The translations under genes and the position numbers were made by a program. Of a stretch of 64,000 nt of DNA, positions 40,020 to 49,500 are shown one piece after another. Positions within the stretch are counted from its first letter, which is position 1. Every line of letters begins with the position of its first letter. This DNA is from Candidatus Latescibacterota bacterium (GTDB taxonomy: Bacteria > Latescibacterota > UBA2968): NCBI GenBank assembly GCA_965205975.1, contig OZ242195.1:2560001-2624000 (forward strand). Reading direction: 5' to 3'. The notes under the pieces were generated by a model. The model saw nothing but the letters and a program-made list of their open reading frames with translations, ran no database searches and was not told where the DNA came from.

Positions 40020-40030
40020 GAGAAACCAAA

Positions 40031-40348
40031 ATGTCCATACCGAATATCCACAAACGTGAAATCCCGCCAACACATCCCGGCGAAATGCTCCGAGAAGATT
40101 TCATGTCCGATTTTCATTTGACCCCGACCTCACTCGCGTCTGCTCTGGGTGTTTCGCGTCAAACAGTACATGACCTATTAAAAGAAAAACGCGCTGTAAC
40201 CCCCCTCATGGCCCTTCGATTATCCCGTCTATTTGGCAATCCCCCAGAATTTTGGTCGCGAGCACAGCAAGCAAGAGACCTGTGGGAATCTGAACAACAA
40301 TATCTCGATGACCTCGATCACATTCATCCGCTTACACCGCAGTATTAA
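40031..40348 (+). CDS. higA: HigA antitoxin (Xre HTH)
   Basis: PTHPGEMLREDF, LA.ALGVSRQTV, TP.MALRL.RLFG..PEFW...Q...DL. Confidence 0.93.
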   Translation: MSIPNIHKREIPPTHPGEMLREDFMSDFHLTPTSLASALGVSRQTVHDLLKEKRAVTPLMALRLSRLFGNPPEFWSRAQQARDLWESEQQYLDDLDHIHPLTPQY

Positions 40349-40352
40349 ATTT

Positions 40353-40387
40353 AAAAAGAGCCGATCCATTTTCGGATCGGCTCTTTC
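40353..40387. terminator. Bidirectional terminator between higA and the DUF1080 gene
   Basis: AAAGAGCCGATCC-N6-GGATCGGCTCTTT. Confidence 0.8.
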
Positions 40388-40414
40388 ATTTATTACACCA
40401 ATAATAGATTCTCT

Positions 40415-41161
40415 CTACCCCTCATCATAATCAGTCAACGGACGGATCCAGATATTGCGATAACGCACGGGATCTCCGTGATCTTGCAGCATCAACGGTC
40501 CGGTAGGCCCGTGCGGCGTATCGTAATTCGACACATTCCTGTGTCCGGTCGGCCCCATAGCCTCTTTGCGGTTGTGCAACACGACACCATTCAAAAACAC
40601 CGTCAAATAAGCGGGCTTCACCAGCGTATCGCCATCGTATTCCGGTGCTTCAAAAACAATATCATAAGCCTGCCATTCACCCGGCGGACGCGTCGCATTC
40701 ACCAGCGGTGGAAACTGACTGTAAATCGCGCCCGTCGTACCATCGGAATACGTCGGATTGTCATATCCATCCAGCACCTGCACCTCGTATTTCCCGATCA
40801 AAAACACACCGCTATTTCCCCGCCCCTGGCTGCTGCCGCGCACTTCTGACGGACAGGCAAACTCTATATGCAACTGCGCGCTTCCAAACTCATCTTTCGT
40901 CCGGATATTCCCTGTACGGGGATTCACCTCTACATACCCATCCTCCACCGTCCATGTCGGATCTCCACCATCGAGACTTTGCCAACTGGACAAATCCGTA
41001 CCATCAAACAGCACCACGGCATCCGATGGCGCATCACCTGCACTGGCTCCCGGCGTCACCACGCGCGGTGCTGGCCGATTCTTATCGTGAACGCGCCACG
41101 GTTGATTGGGCAACATTGGCGTATCGTCATACCCCACCGGCGTGTGTTTTTCTGCTGCCAT
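40415..41161 (-). CDS. DUF1080 (3-keto-disaccharide hydrolase-like) domain protein
   Basis: APSDAVVLFDG.DL..W, QGRGNSGVFL, YEVQVLD, WQ.YDI.F, LQDHG.PVRYRNIW. Confidence 0.9.
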   Translation of the reverse strand: MAAEKHTPVGYDDTPMLPNQPWRVHDKNRPAPRVVTPGASAGDAPSDAVVLFDGTDLSSWQSLDGGDPTWTVEDGYVEVNPRTGNIRTKDEFGSAQLHIEFACPSEVRGSSQGRGNSGVFLIGKYEVQVLDGYDNPTYSDGTTGAIYSQFPPLVNATRPPGEWQAYDIVFEAPEYDGDTLVKPAYLTVFLNGVVLHNRKEAMGPTGHRNVSNYDTPHGPTGPLMLQDHGDPVRYRNIWIRPLTDYDEG

Positions 41162-41253
41162 TTCGTTTCCTTTCTAAAATGAAGTGAATATTTTATTTTC
41201 AAACCATGATCATAAAAATACAAAGATGTGTCAAGCCCGCAATACACAATACC

Positions 41254-42060
41254 TCAGTAATAAATCCCACTGATATCCCATCCAAAGACAGACACATCCA
41301 CCCATCCGTTATTGCCCTCCCCTCCTGCATTGATCTCAACGCCCTCGCATTCCAGCAACGCCCGCTGATTATCTACATGCGGAGTCAAACACCCTTTTGA
41401 ATCCAGAATGCGATGCAAGGGATATGTCTGTCCCGCCACGCGTTTCATATACGTAGGCAACACGCGATAATACGAACGCGACACCCCCAGAACATCCACA
41501 ATCTGCTTATAAGTCATCACCTTCCCAAAGGGAATCTGCTTTACAACCCACAAAAATCGATCCGAAGTGCGATCGGGCACGGGATCATAACGCCTGGACA
41601 AAACCCTGACCGGATCGCCTTCACAAACGACACCCCCCGTCAACACCACAGCCAAAAACCCTCGCCGATTCTCCAACAATTGAATCGGTTTTACGCCCAA
41701 CGTCCCGATATACTTGCACACCTCACAGTGATACGTCAACCGAACTGTGGCAGAATCCCCAATTTGCAACACCGAACCCGATGGCAAATCGTCCAGCGGC
41801 AACCCGACAACAACTATATTCTCTCGCAAATCACCCAGTTGCAACTTGAACTTATTCAGGGTCTCCATCGCAACCAAAAGCACCTGCCGCGGACCAACAC
41901 CACCTGCATTTGCATCGCCTTCAATGCCAAAACGAGCGCGCAGCAAAAATTTACCATCGCGCGGTCTGGACAAAGGCACCCCCTTCTCTATCTTCATAAA
42001 CAGAGAAATGACGCGCCCCTGTGTATCCATCTGCACACTTTCCATTACTCCGACATCCAT
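41254..42060 (-). CDS. MOSC-domain protein fused to a C-terminal MGMT/ATL-like DNA-binding domain
   Basis: MOSC: GIEGD, RQVLL, LRENI, CEVC, RG..A.V..GG.V..GD; ATL: V.QIP.GKV.TY, YPLHRI, QRALLE.EG. Confidence 0.8.
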   Translation of the reverse strand: MDVGVMESVQMDTQGRVISLFMKIEKGVPLSRPRDGKFLLRARFGIEGDANAGGVGPRQVLLVAMETLNKFKLQLGDLRENIVVVGLPLDDLPSGSVLQIGDSATVRLTYHCEVCKYIGTLGVKPIQLLENRRGFLAVVLTGGVVCEGDPVRVLSRRYDPVPDRTSDRFLWVVKQIPFGKVMTYKQIVDVLGVSRSYYRVLPTYMKRVAGQTYPLHRILDSKGCLTPHVDNQRALLECEGVEINAGGEGNNGWVDVSVFGWDISGIYY

Positions 42061-42710
42061 CCACCTGCAATCCGCGCCAATTCTTCCATCACGGGTTCAT
42101 CGGTATTTCGCCGTTTCAAAATTTTAAATCCGTGATCCGCGGTATCCACCACGTGAAGCGTCGCGTTCTCCAGATTATCCACCACTGGCTGCAACAGTTC
42201 TAAATTCGCCATCCTATCTCGCTGCCCCGATAAAAACAGCATCGGCACGCGCACATCCTTCAAATGCTCGGCGCGCTCTGTATTCGGCTTGCTCGAATAC
42301 AGTGGAAAAGCGAAAAACACAATACCCTTCAGCCCGTCAACAGGTTCTTCGGCACAAGCCATCGAAACCATCCGCCCGCTCATCGAATGTCCACCGGCAA
42401 AAACTGGCAATCCGCGCGCCTGCTTCATCCCTATCTCTATAGCCGCACGCACAGTTGCCAACCGCACCTTCTCCCCATCCATGCCACCACCGCCCCTCTC
42501 CGAATAAGGATAATTGAAGCGCAATGTCGCAATCCCCACATCGTTCAATGCATCGCTCAGTTCCTGCATAAAAAGATGCCGCATATTCGTACCCGACCCG
42601 TGACCCAACACCAATAGTGTCTTTGCCCCACGCGGTCGCGCGTACAAAGCCGACACCTCACCCTTTTCCTCAGTCGCAATAAATTTCAACTCTCTGGGTT
42701 CAACAGCCAT
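42045..42710 (-). CDS. Alpha/beta hydrolase (KANL3/Tex30-like)
   Basis: [20 protein letters not shown] nucleophile elbow, G.RD, ADHGF. Confidence 0.88.
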   Translation of the reverse strand: MAVEPRELKFIATEEKGEVSALYARPRGAKTLLVLGHGSGTNMRHLFMQELSDALNDVGIATLRFNYPYSERGGGGMDGEKVRLATVRAAIEIGMKQARGLPVFAGGHSMSGRMVSMACAEEPVDGLKGIVFFAFPLYSSKPNTERAEHLKDVRVPMLFLSGQRDRMANLELLQPVVDNLENATLHVVDTADHGFKILKRRNTDEPVMEELARIAGGWMSE

Positions 42711-42724
42711 TTAGATCTCCTCTT

Positions 42725-42838
42725 CTATCCAGGTAATATGAGAAGCCCGCGGCGTAGCGCAAAACCGTACGGATCTTCAAAACGCGTACCGGGCAATTCG
42801 GTACAAATCACTTTTAGTTTCAGTTGTTTTTCTTTCAT
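42725..42838 (-). CDS. 37-aa small [40 protein letters not shown], possibly a truncated gene
   Basis: SD AGAGGTG 4 nt before ATG; ends just before the SD of the hydrolase gene. Confidence 0.4.
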   Translation of the reverse strand: MKEKQLKLKVICTELPGTRFEDPYGFALRRGLLILPG

Positions 42839-42941
42839 GCATCACCTCTTTTCAGAACTTGCACCAAATGATATAACGAAGTATAGTATAGAAATACCAT
42901 TTACGCCGCCCAATTCTTTAAAATATCGCGAAAGGAGACGC

Positions 42942-44300
42942 ATGCAACCCAACATCATCTTGATCAACTGCGACGACCTCGGCTACGGCGACCTCGGCAG
43001 TTACGGCTCAAAAATCAACAAAACGCCAGCACTCGACAAAATGGCTGCAGAAGGCATAAAATTCACCGACTTCTACATGGCATCTCCCGTGTGTTCGCCC
43101 TCTCGAGGCGCCATGCTCACGGGCTGTTATCCCCCGCGCATTGGCTTTGGCTCTTTTGACGGACGTTGGGTCCTCTTTCCCGGTCAGGGCGTAGGCCTGA
43201 ACCCCAGCGAAATCACCATCGCCAAACTCCTCAAAGACAAAGGTTACGCCACCAAAATTGTCGGCAAATGGCACTGTGGAGACCAGCCAGAATTTCTGCC
43301 CACCCGCCACGGATTCGACAGCTATTACGGCATACCCTATAGCAACGACATGGGAATCCAAAAAGAAGACGACAAAAATCCACCCCTGCCCTTATTGCGC
43401 GACGAAGAAGTCATCCAGGCACAACCCGACCAGCGCGGCATCACCGAACGCTACGTCGAAGAATGCGTCCGTTTCATGCGCGACAACAAAAACCAGCCCT
43501 TCTTCCTCTACCTCGCCCACATGCACGTCCACCTGCCCCACTATCCCCCCGAAGCCTTTGTCCGAGAATCCGAAAACGGCGTATATGGCGCGGCAGTCGC
43601 CTGCATTGACTGGGCAGCCGCCGTCATTTTCGACGAACTCAAAACCCTGGGACTCGACGACGACACCCTCGTCATCTTCACCAGCGACAACGGCTCTCGC
43701 GCCCGCGACGAAGGCGGCAGCAACAGCCCTTTGCGCGCCACCAAAGGCACCACCTGGGAAGGCGGACAGCGCGTACCATGCCTCATGCGATGGCCCGGCA
43801 AAATCCCCGCGGGCGAAGTGTGCAGCGAACTGACGCTATCCATGGACTTTTACCCCACACTTGCAGCCCTCGGCGGAGCAGAAGTACCCACCGACCGCAT
43901 CATCGACGGCAAAGACATCCGCCCGTTCATGTTCGCAGAAAAAGGCACCACATCGCAACACGAATCCTTCTTTTACTACAAACGCAACAGCATCGAAGCC
44001 GTGCGGAGCGGCAAATGGAAACTCCACATCCGCAAAGACGACCAGGAAATCCAGGAACTCTACGACCTCGAAGCCGACATCGGCGAAACCAATGACATAA
44101 GCGAACAACACCCCGATATCGTGCGGGATCTCAGAGCGCAAATTGACGCCTGCCGCAAAGACCTCGGCGACGATGCCGCGGGCATCACAGGCGAAAACAC
44201 CCGCCCCGCCGGCCGCGTTGAAAACCCCGACACCCTCACACATCTCGACCGCGACCATCCCTATATGATCGCCATTTACGACCTCAAAGAACGGGGTTAA
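42942..44300 (+). CDS. Arylsulfatase A-like sulfatase
   Basis: [39 protein letters not shown]; start placed at MQPNII. Confidence 0.93.
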   Translation: MQPNIILINCDDLGYGDLGSYGSKINKTPALDKMAAEGIKFTDFYMASPVCSPSRGAMLTGCYPPRIGFGSFDGRWVLFPGQGVGLNPSEITIAKLLKDKGYATKIVGKWHCGDQPEFLPTRHGFDSYYGIPYSNDMGIQKEDDKNPPLPLLRDEEVIQAQPDQRGITERYVEECVRFMRDNKNQPFFLYLAHMHVHLPHYPPEAFVRESENGVYGAAVACIDWAAAVIFDELKTLGLDDDTLVIFTSDNGSRARDEGGSNSPLRATKGTTWEGGQRVPCLMRWPGKIPAGEVCSELTLSMDFYPTLAALGGAEVPTDRIIDGKDIRPFMFAEKGTTSQHESFFYYKRNSIEAVRSGKWKLHIRKDDQEIQELYDLEADIGETNDISEQHPDIVRDLRAQIDACRKDLGDDAAGITGENTRPAGRVENPDTLTHLDRDHPYMIAIYDLKERG

Positions 44301-44301
44301 T

Positions 44302-45051
44302 ATGGCCCTTACACCCGAACAAATCGCCGAGTTCAAAGCATTGGGATATGTCCTCGTGCCCAATCTAATCGATCCCCCGGTATTGGACAATTGGCGCGCG
44401 CAAATTCGCGCCAAATTCGGCGATCTCTCTGACCCCGTCCAACAAAACGCCGCAGGACCGCCCCAACAACACCGCAAAGACATCACCATATTGAGAGGCT
44501 TTCGCTTTTCCCCAAAAGAAACACAACTCGTCAACCAGCCCAAAGTCAAAGCCATTGTCGATCACATGGGCGGCGGGCAATTTTGCGGAGAAGACGGCAA
44601 CCTGCGCCTGCTCTGGCCCGAACTCAAAAGCGAATGGTGCTTGCCAGAGCGCGGGCACATCGACGGTTATCTCGGCAGACGGCGCACCATGCCTTTTCTC
44701 CTCGGATTGGCGACCTATATCTACGACGTAGAACCGCGCGGCGGAGGCACGGTCTTCTGGCCACGCAGCCATATCAAATCATGGGAATTTCTTCGCAAAC
44801 ACCCCGATCACCTCAACCACAGCTTTAGAGAACACTCCGAATATCTCAACCTGGTCAAAGATATTCAACCCGTTGAACTGCATGCAAAAGCAGGCGATGT
44901 CATCTTCTGGCACTGCAACATCCTGCACGAAACCTCTCAAAACACCAGCAACAACATCCGCTATGGTCTTTTCGCCCGCCTCCCTCACAAAGACCAGGAG
45001 ACATTCCGAGACGAAATACCCGATGACCTCTGGAAACGCTGGCGAATATAG
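44302..45051 (+). CDS. PhyH family Fe(II)/2OG dioxygenase
   Basis: LTPEQI..FK..GY, GHIDG, GGT..WP.SH, AGDVIFWH..ILH....N....R. Confidence 0.85.
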   Translation: MALTPEQIAEFKALGYVLVPNLIDPPVLDNWRAQIRAKFGDLSDPVQQNAAGPPQQHRKDITILRGFRFSPKETQLVNQPKVKAIVDHMGGGQFCGEDGNLRLLWPELKSEWCLPERGHIDGYLGRRRTMPFLLGLATYIYDVEPRGGGTVFWPRSHIKSWEFLRKHPDHLNHSFREHSEYLNLVKDIQPVELHAKAGDVIFWHCNILHETSQNTSNNIRYGLFARLPHKDQETFRDEIPDDLWKRWRI

Positions 45052-45105
45052 GTAAGCGGTGAGAGGGCCTCACACAAAGACACGAAGAACACGAAGGGAT
45101 AGAAT

Positions 45106-45166
45106 GTAGGGGCGATCCGTGAACTGGTCTGGACTGCGACCAGTTGTACACCGCCCGTGGTCGCCC
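45106..45166 (+). repeat. GTAG-type REP interrupted by a 36-bp mini-element
   Basis: GTAGGGGCGATCC[45119-45154]CCGTGGTCGCCC. Confidence 0.7.
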
Positions 45167-45242
45167 ATTTCTAAGATACAAGAGGTAAGAAAAGCAACCA
45201 TAGCAAAAAAATAAAGCCAAGTTAGCTGGTGAACCTGGCCGT

Positions 45243-45278
45243 TCAAAGAGCACTCGTATCAAAAAAACAAACCGCCAT
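45243..45278 (-). pseudogene. Truncated VapC/PIN toxin N-terminus (MAVCFFDTSAL*)
   Basis: TAATG coupling with the upstream ORF; FFDTSAL is the first PIN acidic motif. Confidence 0.6.
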
Positions 45279-45571
45279 TACCGTTCATATCTTCCTTCAC
45301 TCACAATCTTTGCCATAGACCCTTTGAACTTAGAAGTGATCCTGAGCACTTCCCTCATTGAGGCCGCGTCATCCGCAGTTTCGCGGCTCAAATCCAATCC
45401 CCACAAATCATCCTCATGCAGATCGTCCAATGGTTCCCGAGAATGATTGGCTTCTTCGAGTTGCTTTTCAAGCCTTCGCTTAACTTCCTTCAGATCATCG
45501 GGGGGAAGTTTACAGAGGGTATCAATGAGTTTTTCAAGGTTACGATCGGCGTCTTTGTCAATACCAGTCAT
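45278..45571 (-). CDS. Small acidic protein, probable VapB-type antitoxin
   Basis: SD AGGAG; ends ...GSMAKIVSEGRYER; coupled to the PIN remnant. Confidence 0.6.
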   Translation of the reverse strand: MTGIDKDADRNLEKLIDTLCKLPPDDLKEVKRRLEKQLEEANHSREPLDDLHEDDLWGLDLSRETADDAASMREVLRITSKFKGSMAKIVSEGRYER

Positions 45572-45938
45572 CTTTTCTCCTAAAAAATTTGGCAATGGCT
45601 TTATAGACCACCTTTAATACGATACCATACTTCTGAAATGAAGCAACCAGGAAACAAAAAGGATTCGCGCCAACAAGTAAATAGTTACTAACTCACGTTA
45701 CTCAAGAACCACCACCTGGTCAAGCGGTACATATCTTTCACCTGACTGCCCATTCATGGCTCAAAATGTACCCTCTCGCCTTTCATCTGTGCCCTTTCCT
45801 GTTTTCACAAGGACATGCCTGCGGATTAAATTCAAGTTGTGAACAAGTATGCAATACAGCATATTTAAAGCACAATGTAGTGTTCAGGCGTCTTGCCATG
45901 CCAATGTAACATCGCTCAATTCTGTGATAATTTCATTT

Positions 45939-45955
45939 TTGGCCTGATATTTGCT
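45939..45955 (+). promoter_or_regulatory. Sigma54-type -24/-12 promoter upstream of Rpn copy 2
   Basis: TTGGCCTGATATTTGCT = GG-N10-GC. Confidence 0.65.
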
Positions 45956-46006
45956 TTGTGTCTGAGTGTCCCACGCACTCACCCCATCAGACGCGAGGCA
46001 TCTTAC

Positions 46007-46915
46007 ATGGCAGATATTGACACCATATCCAAATACCTCATTCAACACTATCCCGACCACTTCGTACGCTTCGCCCTCGCGCGAGACGACGTCGAGGTCA
46101 TTGAGATCATCGAAACAGAGCAACCCACGGTCAGGGCACGCCGAGCAGACAGCTTCATTCGCGTGCGAATCGATGGTCAGGAGACATTAGTCCACAACGA
46201 GTTTCAAACGACCGACAGCACCAATCCACCCATGCCGCGTCGCATGGCTGGCTATATCGGACACGCCATTGAGCATCATGGTCTGCCGATCTATTCCAAT
46301 GTCATCTACCTGCGTCCCAATGCGGGACAGAACGATCTGGGATATTACATCCAGGAGGTTCCCGGCTACGAAATCGCGATTCGGTATCGCGTGATCAGAC
46401 TGATCGAGATAGAAGGCCAACCCATCCTGAGCACGGGGCATTCGGGGCTGATCCCTTTCACGCCATTGATGAAGCCACCTGACGGGATGGCCTCTGATGC
46501 GTGGTTGCATCAGTGTATTCACACGGCTCGGACGCGCCCCATCGCTCGGTTATATAGGGCGGATTATCTCGCTGGCATGGTGGCCTTGAGCGAGTTGGTG
46601 TATGATTCTGAAACCATTTCTGCTGTTATTTTTCAGGAGGACATCATGGATATCATCCGCGAATCATCTCTTTTTCAATCCCTTACCCAACAAAGCAGAG
46701 AGGAAGCCAGAGAGCAGGGCCTTGAGCAGGGGGTCAGGCAACGTGCCATTGAAGATCTTCTCGACGTGCTGGAGATTCGATTTGATATGCCCGAGACACA
46801 CCCCCTATCCACTCGCATTGCCGCCATTGACGATTTACAACGCCTCAAGCAGTTGCTCCGTGCGGCGGTACAGGTGCCCGATCTCGACGCATTTCAGCGC
46901 GTATTAGATGCGTAA
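46007..46915 (+). CDS. Rpn/YhgA-like recombination-promoting nuclease, copy 2
   Basis: Paralog of 20307-21200: DTISK, RADSFI, HNEFQT, RMAGYI; internal AGGAGG-N5-ATG at 46646. Confidence 0.85.
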   Translation: MADIDTISKYLIQHYPDHFVRFALARDDVEVIEIIETEQPTVRARRADSFIRVRIDGQETLVHNEFQTTDSTNPPMPRRMAGYIGHAIEHHGLPIYSNVIYLRPNAGQNDLGYYIQEVPGYEIAIRYRVIRLIEIEGQPILSTGHSGLIPFTPLMKPPDGMASDAWLHQCIHTARTRPIARLYRADYLAGMVALSELVYDSETISAVIFQEDIMDIIRESSLFQSLTQQSREEAREQGLEQGVRQRAIEDLLDVLEIRFDMPETHPLSTRIAAIDDLQRLKQLLRAAVQVPDLDAFQRVLDA

Positions 46916-46969
46916 CGTGATTTCCATAAGCCTGACGAGATACAGGGACACCGCGTAACATCTTACCTC

Positions 46970-46998
46970 TTGACCCCAAAAACTCAGATATTTATACT
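46970..46998 (+). promoter_or_regulatory. Sigma70 promoter, duplicated copy 1
   Basis: TTGACC-17-TATACT. Confidence 0.65.
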
Positions 46999-47214
46999 TT
47001 CTGTGAGACGCTCACCTTTGAACGAGGACATCTCTAAACGATGCCTGAAGTTATGCTCATCCATCTTTGATCTCCTTCTCACTACTTTTCTGTCTGTTTA
47101 CTGGTTTTTCTCAATCACCCCTGATGAGTCTGAAATATAGCCAAGATCATTTGAAAATTCGATTTTTTTTTACGATCTTTCCCTCCAGCCTCAGTATCAG
47201 CCCCTAACTTTCTC

Positions 47215-47243
47215 TTGACCCCGAAAATTCAGACATTTATACT
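47215..47243 (+). promoter_or_regulatory. Sigma70 promoter for arsC, duplicated copy 2
   Basis: TTGACC-17-TATACT; SD AAGGAG downstream. Confidence 0.75.
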
Positions 47244-47281
47244 CCCTTTGAGACACTCTTCACCACAAAAGGAGATTTAAC

Positions 47282-47632
47282 ATGTCAAAAATCACCATCT
47301 ATCACAACCCCAACTGAAGCAAATCCAATGGCGCAATGGACATATTGCGCGCTGGCAACGTCGAGTTCGACGTCATTGAATACTTGAAAACACCGCTGAG
47401 CGAACAGGACTTGAGAAAATTTCTCGCACTCCTGCCCGGTGAACCCAAAGACATGATCCACCCCAGTTCGTTCGAAAAACTGGGACGCGACATAGATGAC
47501 TACAACACCCCCGATGCACTCGTCGGCTTACTTTTGGAACATCCCGAAGTCATGAATCGCCCCGTGTGTATCCTCGGAGACCGTGCAGTCATTGCCCGTC
47601 CCTCAGAAGCCGTACATGAACTCCTTACATAA
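47282..47632 (+). CDS. arsC: ArsC-family (glutaredoxin-type arsenate reductase-like) selenoprotein, Sec at codon 12
   Basis: MSKITIYHNPN-TGA-SKS.. continues in frame through IEYLKTP, HPEVMNRP, ARPSE; strong SD; SECIS-like hairpin follows. Confidence 0.88.
47325..47355 (+). promoter_or_regulatory. Candidate bacterial SECIS element
   Basis: GCGCAATG-GACA-TATTGCGC stem-loop; apical loop starts with G, 21 nt after UGA; basal CCA/TGG pairing. Confidence 0.7.
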
Positions 47633-47675
47633 AAAAACAGCCGCCGAGACCTGAACCTCGGCGGCTATTTCTTTT
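47631..47675. terminator. Bidirectional terminator between arsC and the aldolase gene
   Basis: AGCCGCCGAG-N8-CTCGGCGGCT with A- and T-rich flanks. Confidence 0.8.
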
Positions 47676-47687
47676 CCATCTTATAAC

Positions 47688-48476
47688 TCACGCACCCTCC
47701 ACCGCTTTTCTCAGCTCATCGCCATTGCTTCGCCACCACGAATGCAAAACTGAGATATCCACCCCGATATTGAAATGCCGCACACCCATATCGAGATATT
47801 CCTTTGCCTCATCGGGTGACATAATCTCTGCGCGGGGATGCACACCCATACTCAGCGCAGTCTTAAACACCTCATTCCTCGCATCTGCCACTGCGGGATC
47901 ACCGCGCTGCCCCGCCTTGCCAACACTCATCGAATAATCCGAAGGCCCCCATTGCACCATATCCACGCCTGGAACCGAAAGAATCGACTCCAGATTTTCC
48001 ACCGCCTCCTTCTTTTCGATCATCAAAACCACAACCGTCTCCCGCATCGCCTTCACATACTCAGGCCCCCCGCCATATCCCATATACGTATTGCGCCGCG
48101 TGTACACACTGTACAAACCGCCATCCTCCGGCGTATCTGGAAGCGTCACGCGCACACATTCCTTCGCATCTTCTTCAGTGCGACAATCCGTAAACAAAAT
48201 ACTCCCAAAACCAGACCCGATTGCCCGCTGCGACAAAAAGTACTGATGGCTGCGATCAATTTTGAACATCATACCCATATTGTACAACTCGGCTGCCCGA
48301 CACAAATTGTCGAGATCGTAGAGATCAAACGTACCGTATTCGCCAACGTATTCGACATAGTCGTAAAGTCCCGTATGTCCAATCGCCTCAACAATCGCTG
48401 GCCAACTCGAATGAATCCGCGTGCCAATCGTGGGTTCGCCCGCATCCAATTTTTCTCTAATTCTATTGGGTTTCAA
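47688..48476 (-). CDS. HpcH/HpaI aldolase family protein
   Basis: N.IREKL..GE..IG, MIEK.EAVENLE.ILSVPGVD....GPSDYSMS.G. Confidence 0.9.
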   Translation of the reverse strand: MKPNRIREKLDAGEPTIGTRIHSSWPAIVEAIGHTGLYDYVEYVGEYGTFDLYDLDNLCRAAELYNMGMMFKIDRSHQYFLSQRAIGSGFGSILFTDCRTEEDAKECVRVTLPDTPEDGGLYSVYTRRNTYMGYGGGPEYVKAMRETVVVLMIEKKEAVENLESILSVPGVDMVQWGPSDYSMSVGKAGQRGDPAVADARNEVFKTALSMGVHPRAEIMSPDEAKEYLDMGVRHFNIGVDISVLHSWWRSNGDELRKAVEGA

Positions 48477-48501
48477 AATAAACTCCTTTGTGAGTGGTTA
48501 A

Positions 48502-49392
48502 TCACCCAAACAACGACTGAAAAACTCGCTTTGTCTTCTCCAACACATCTTCAGGTAATACTTCTCCATCTGAAATTTTCACATTATCCGCGAGATGATC
48601 CACATTGGTCGATCCCACAATAGCAGTACACACATCTTCGTGAGACAGCGTAAACCGCAACGCAAATTCAATCAGCGGCATATCGCCCGCCAATTCCCGC
48701 AACGGCATCTGCTGTGCCCGATCCCACGGATCGCCCATATACGAACCGTCTGGCCGGTCGGACATGAGATACACCCCATTGGCAATCGGACGCTTGATAA
48801 TCGTCCCCATATCCCGGTCGCGCAAAGTCGGCATCAAATTTTCAGCAGACTCCTGGAACAACACATTGTACGTAAACTCCTGCGTATCCAAATCCCACCT
48901 CTGCGCCGCCTCAGCCGCAGCCGACCCATCAGCCGATACACCGACAAACTTCGTCCATCCCCTATCCTTAGCTTCCAACAGCGCATCAAACGCCGCATCC
49001 CAATCGTCCGCTTCTCCCGGCAACCCGTGAAATTGCACAATATCGATCACATCCATCTTCAGCTTTGCTCGACTCGTATCAATCGTCCTCAAAATACCCT
49101 CGGGCGAATAATCCTTTACAACCTTGCGCTTGCCGCCATTGATCACCTGATAATCGCCGCACTTTGTCGCCAGAACAAAATCGTCCTGCCGATGGGCGAT
49201 AAACTTCCCGATCCGCTCTTCGCTATCGCCATACATCGCAGCCGTATCGATAAATGTGATACCCAAATCGAGCACCGTGTTCAGCACCACTTCGACCTGC
49301 GATTCCAGCAACGATGGATTCCCAATCTGCGCTGCGCCAAAACCGATCTCCGAGACCTGCAAACCCGTCTTTCCCAATGTCCGAAATTTCAT
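48502..49392 (-). CDS. Aldo/keto reductase
   Basis: LGKTGL.VSEIGFG, FIDTA..YG.SE..IG, LATKCG, GVS, IVG. Confidence 0.93.
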   Translation of the reverse strand: MKFRTLGKTGLQVSEIGFGAAQIGNPSLLESQVEVVLNTVLDLGITFIDTAAMYGDSEERIGKFIAHRQDDFVLATKCGDYQVINGGKRKVVKDYSPEGILRTIDTSRAKLKMDVIDIVQFHGLPGEADDWDAAFDALLEAKDRGWTKFVGVSADGSAAAEAAQRWDLDTQEFTYNVLFQESAENLMPTLRDRDMGTIIKRPIANGVYLMSDRPDGSYMGDPWDRAQQMPLRELAGDMPLIEFALRFTLSHEDVCTAIVGSTNVDHLADNVKISDGEVLPEDVLEKTKRVFQSLFG

Positions 49393-49500
49393 CTCATTTT
49401 ACCTTCACATATTCCGATATTTGCACAAGCCACCCAAATGTCGTATATAATACAACCAAAATCCACCAAAACCACCAAAAAATCTCCAGGACAAATCCAA

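Noticed and set aside
48595..49500. N-terminal 300-aa extension of the 791-aa ORF
   Set aside because: It is the antisense shadow of the aldo/keto reductase; sulfatase motifs begin at ATG 49501.
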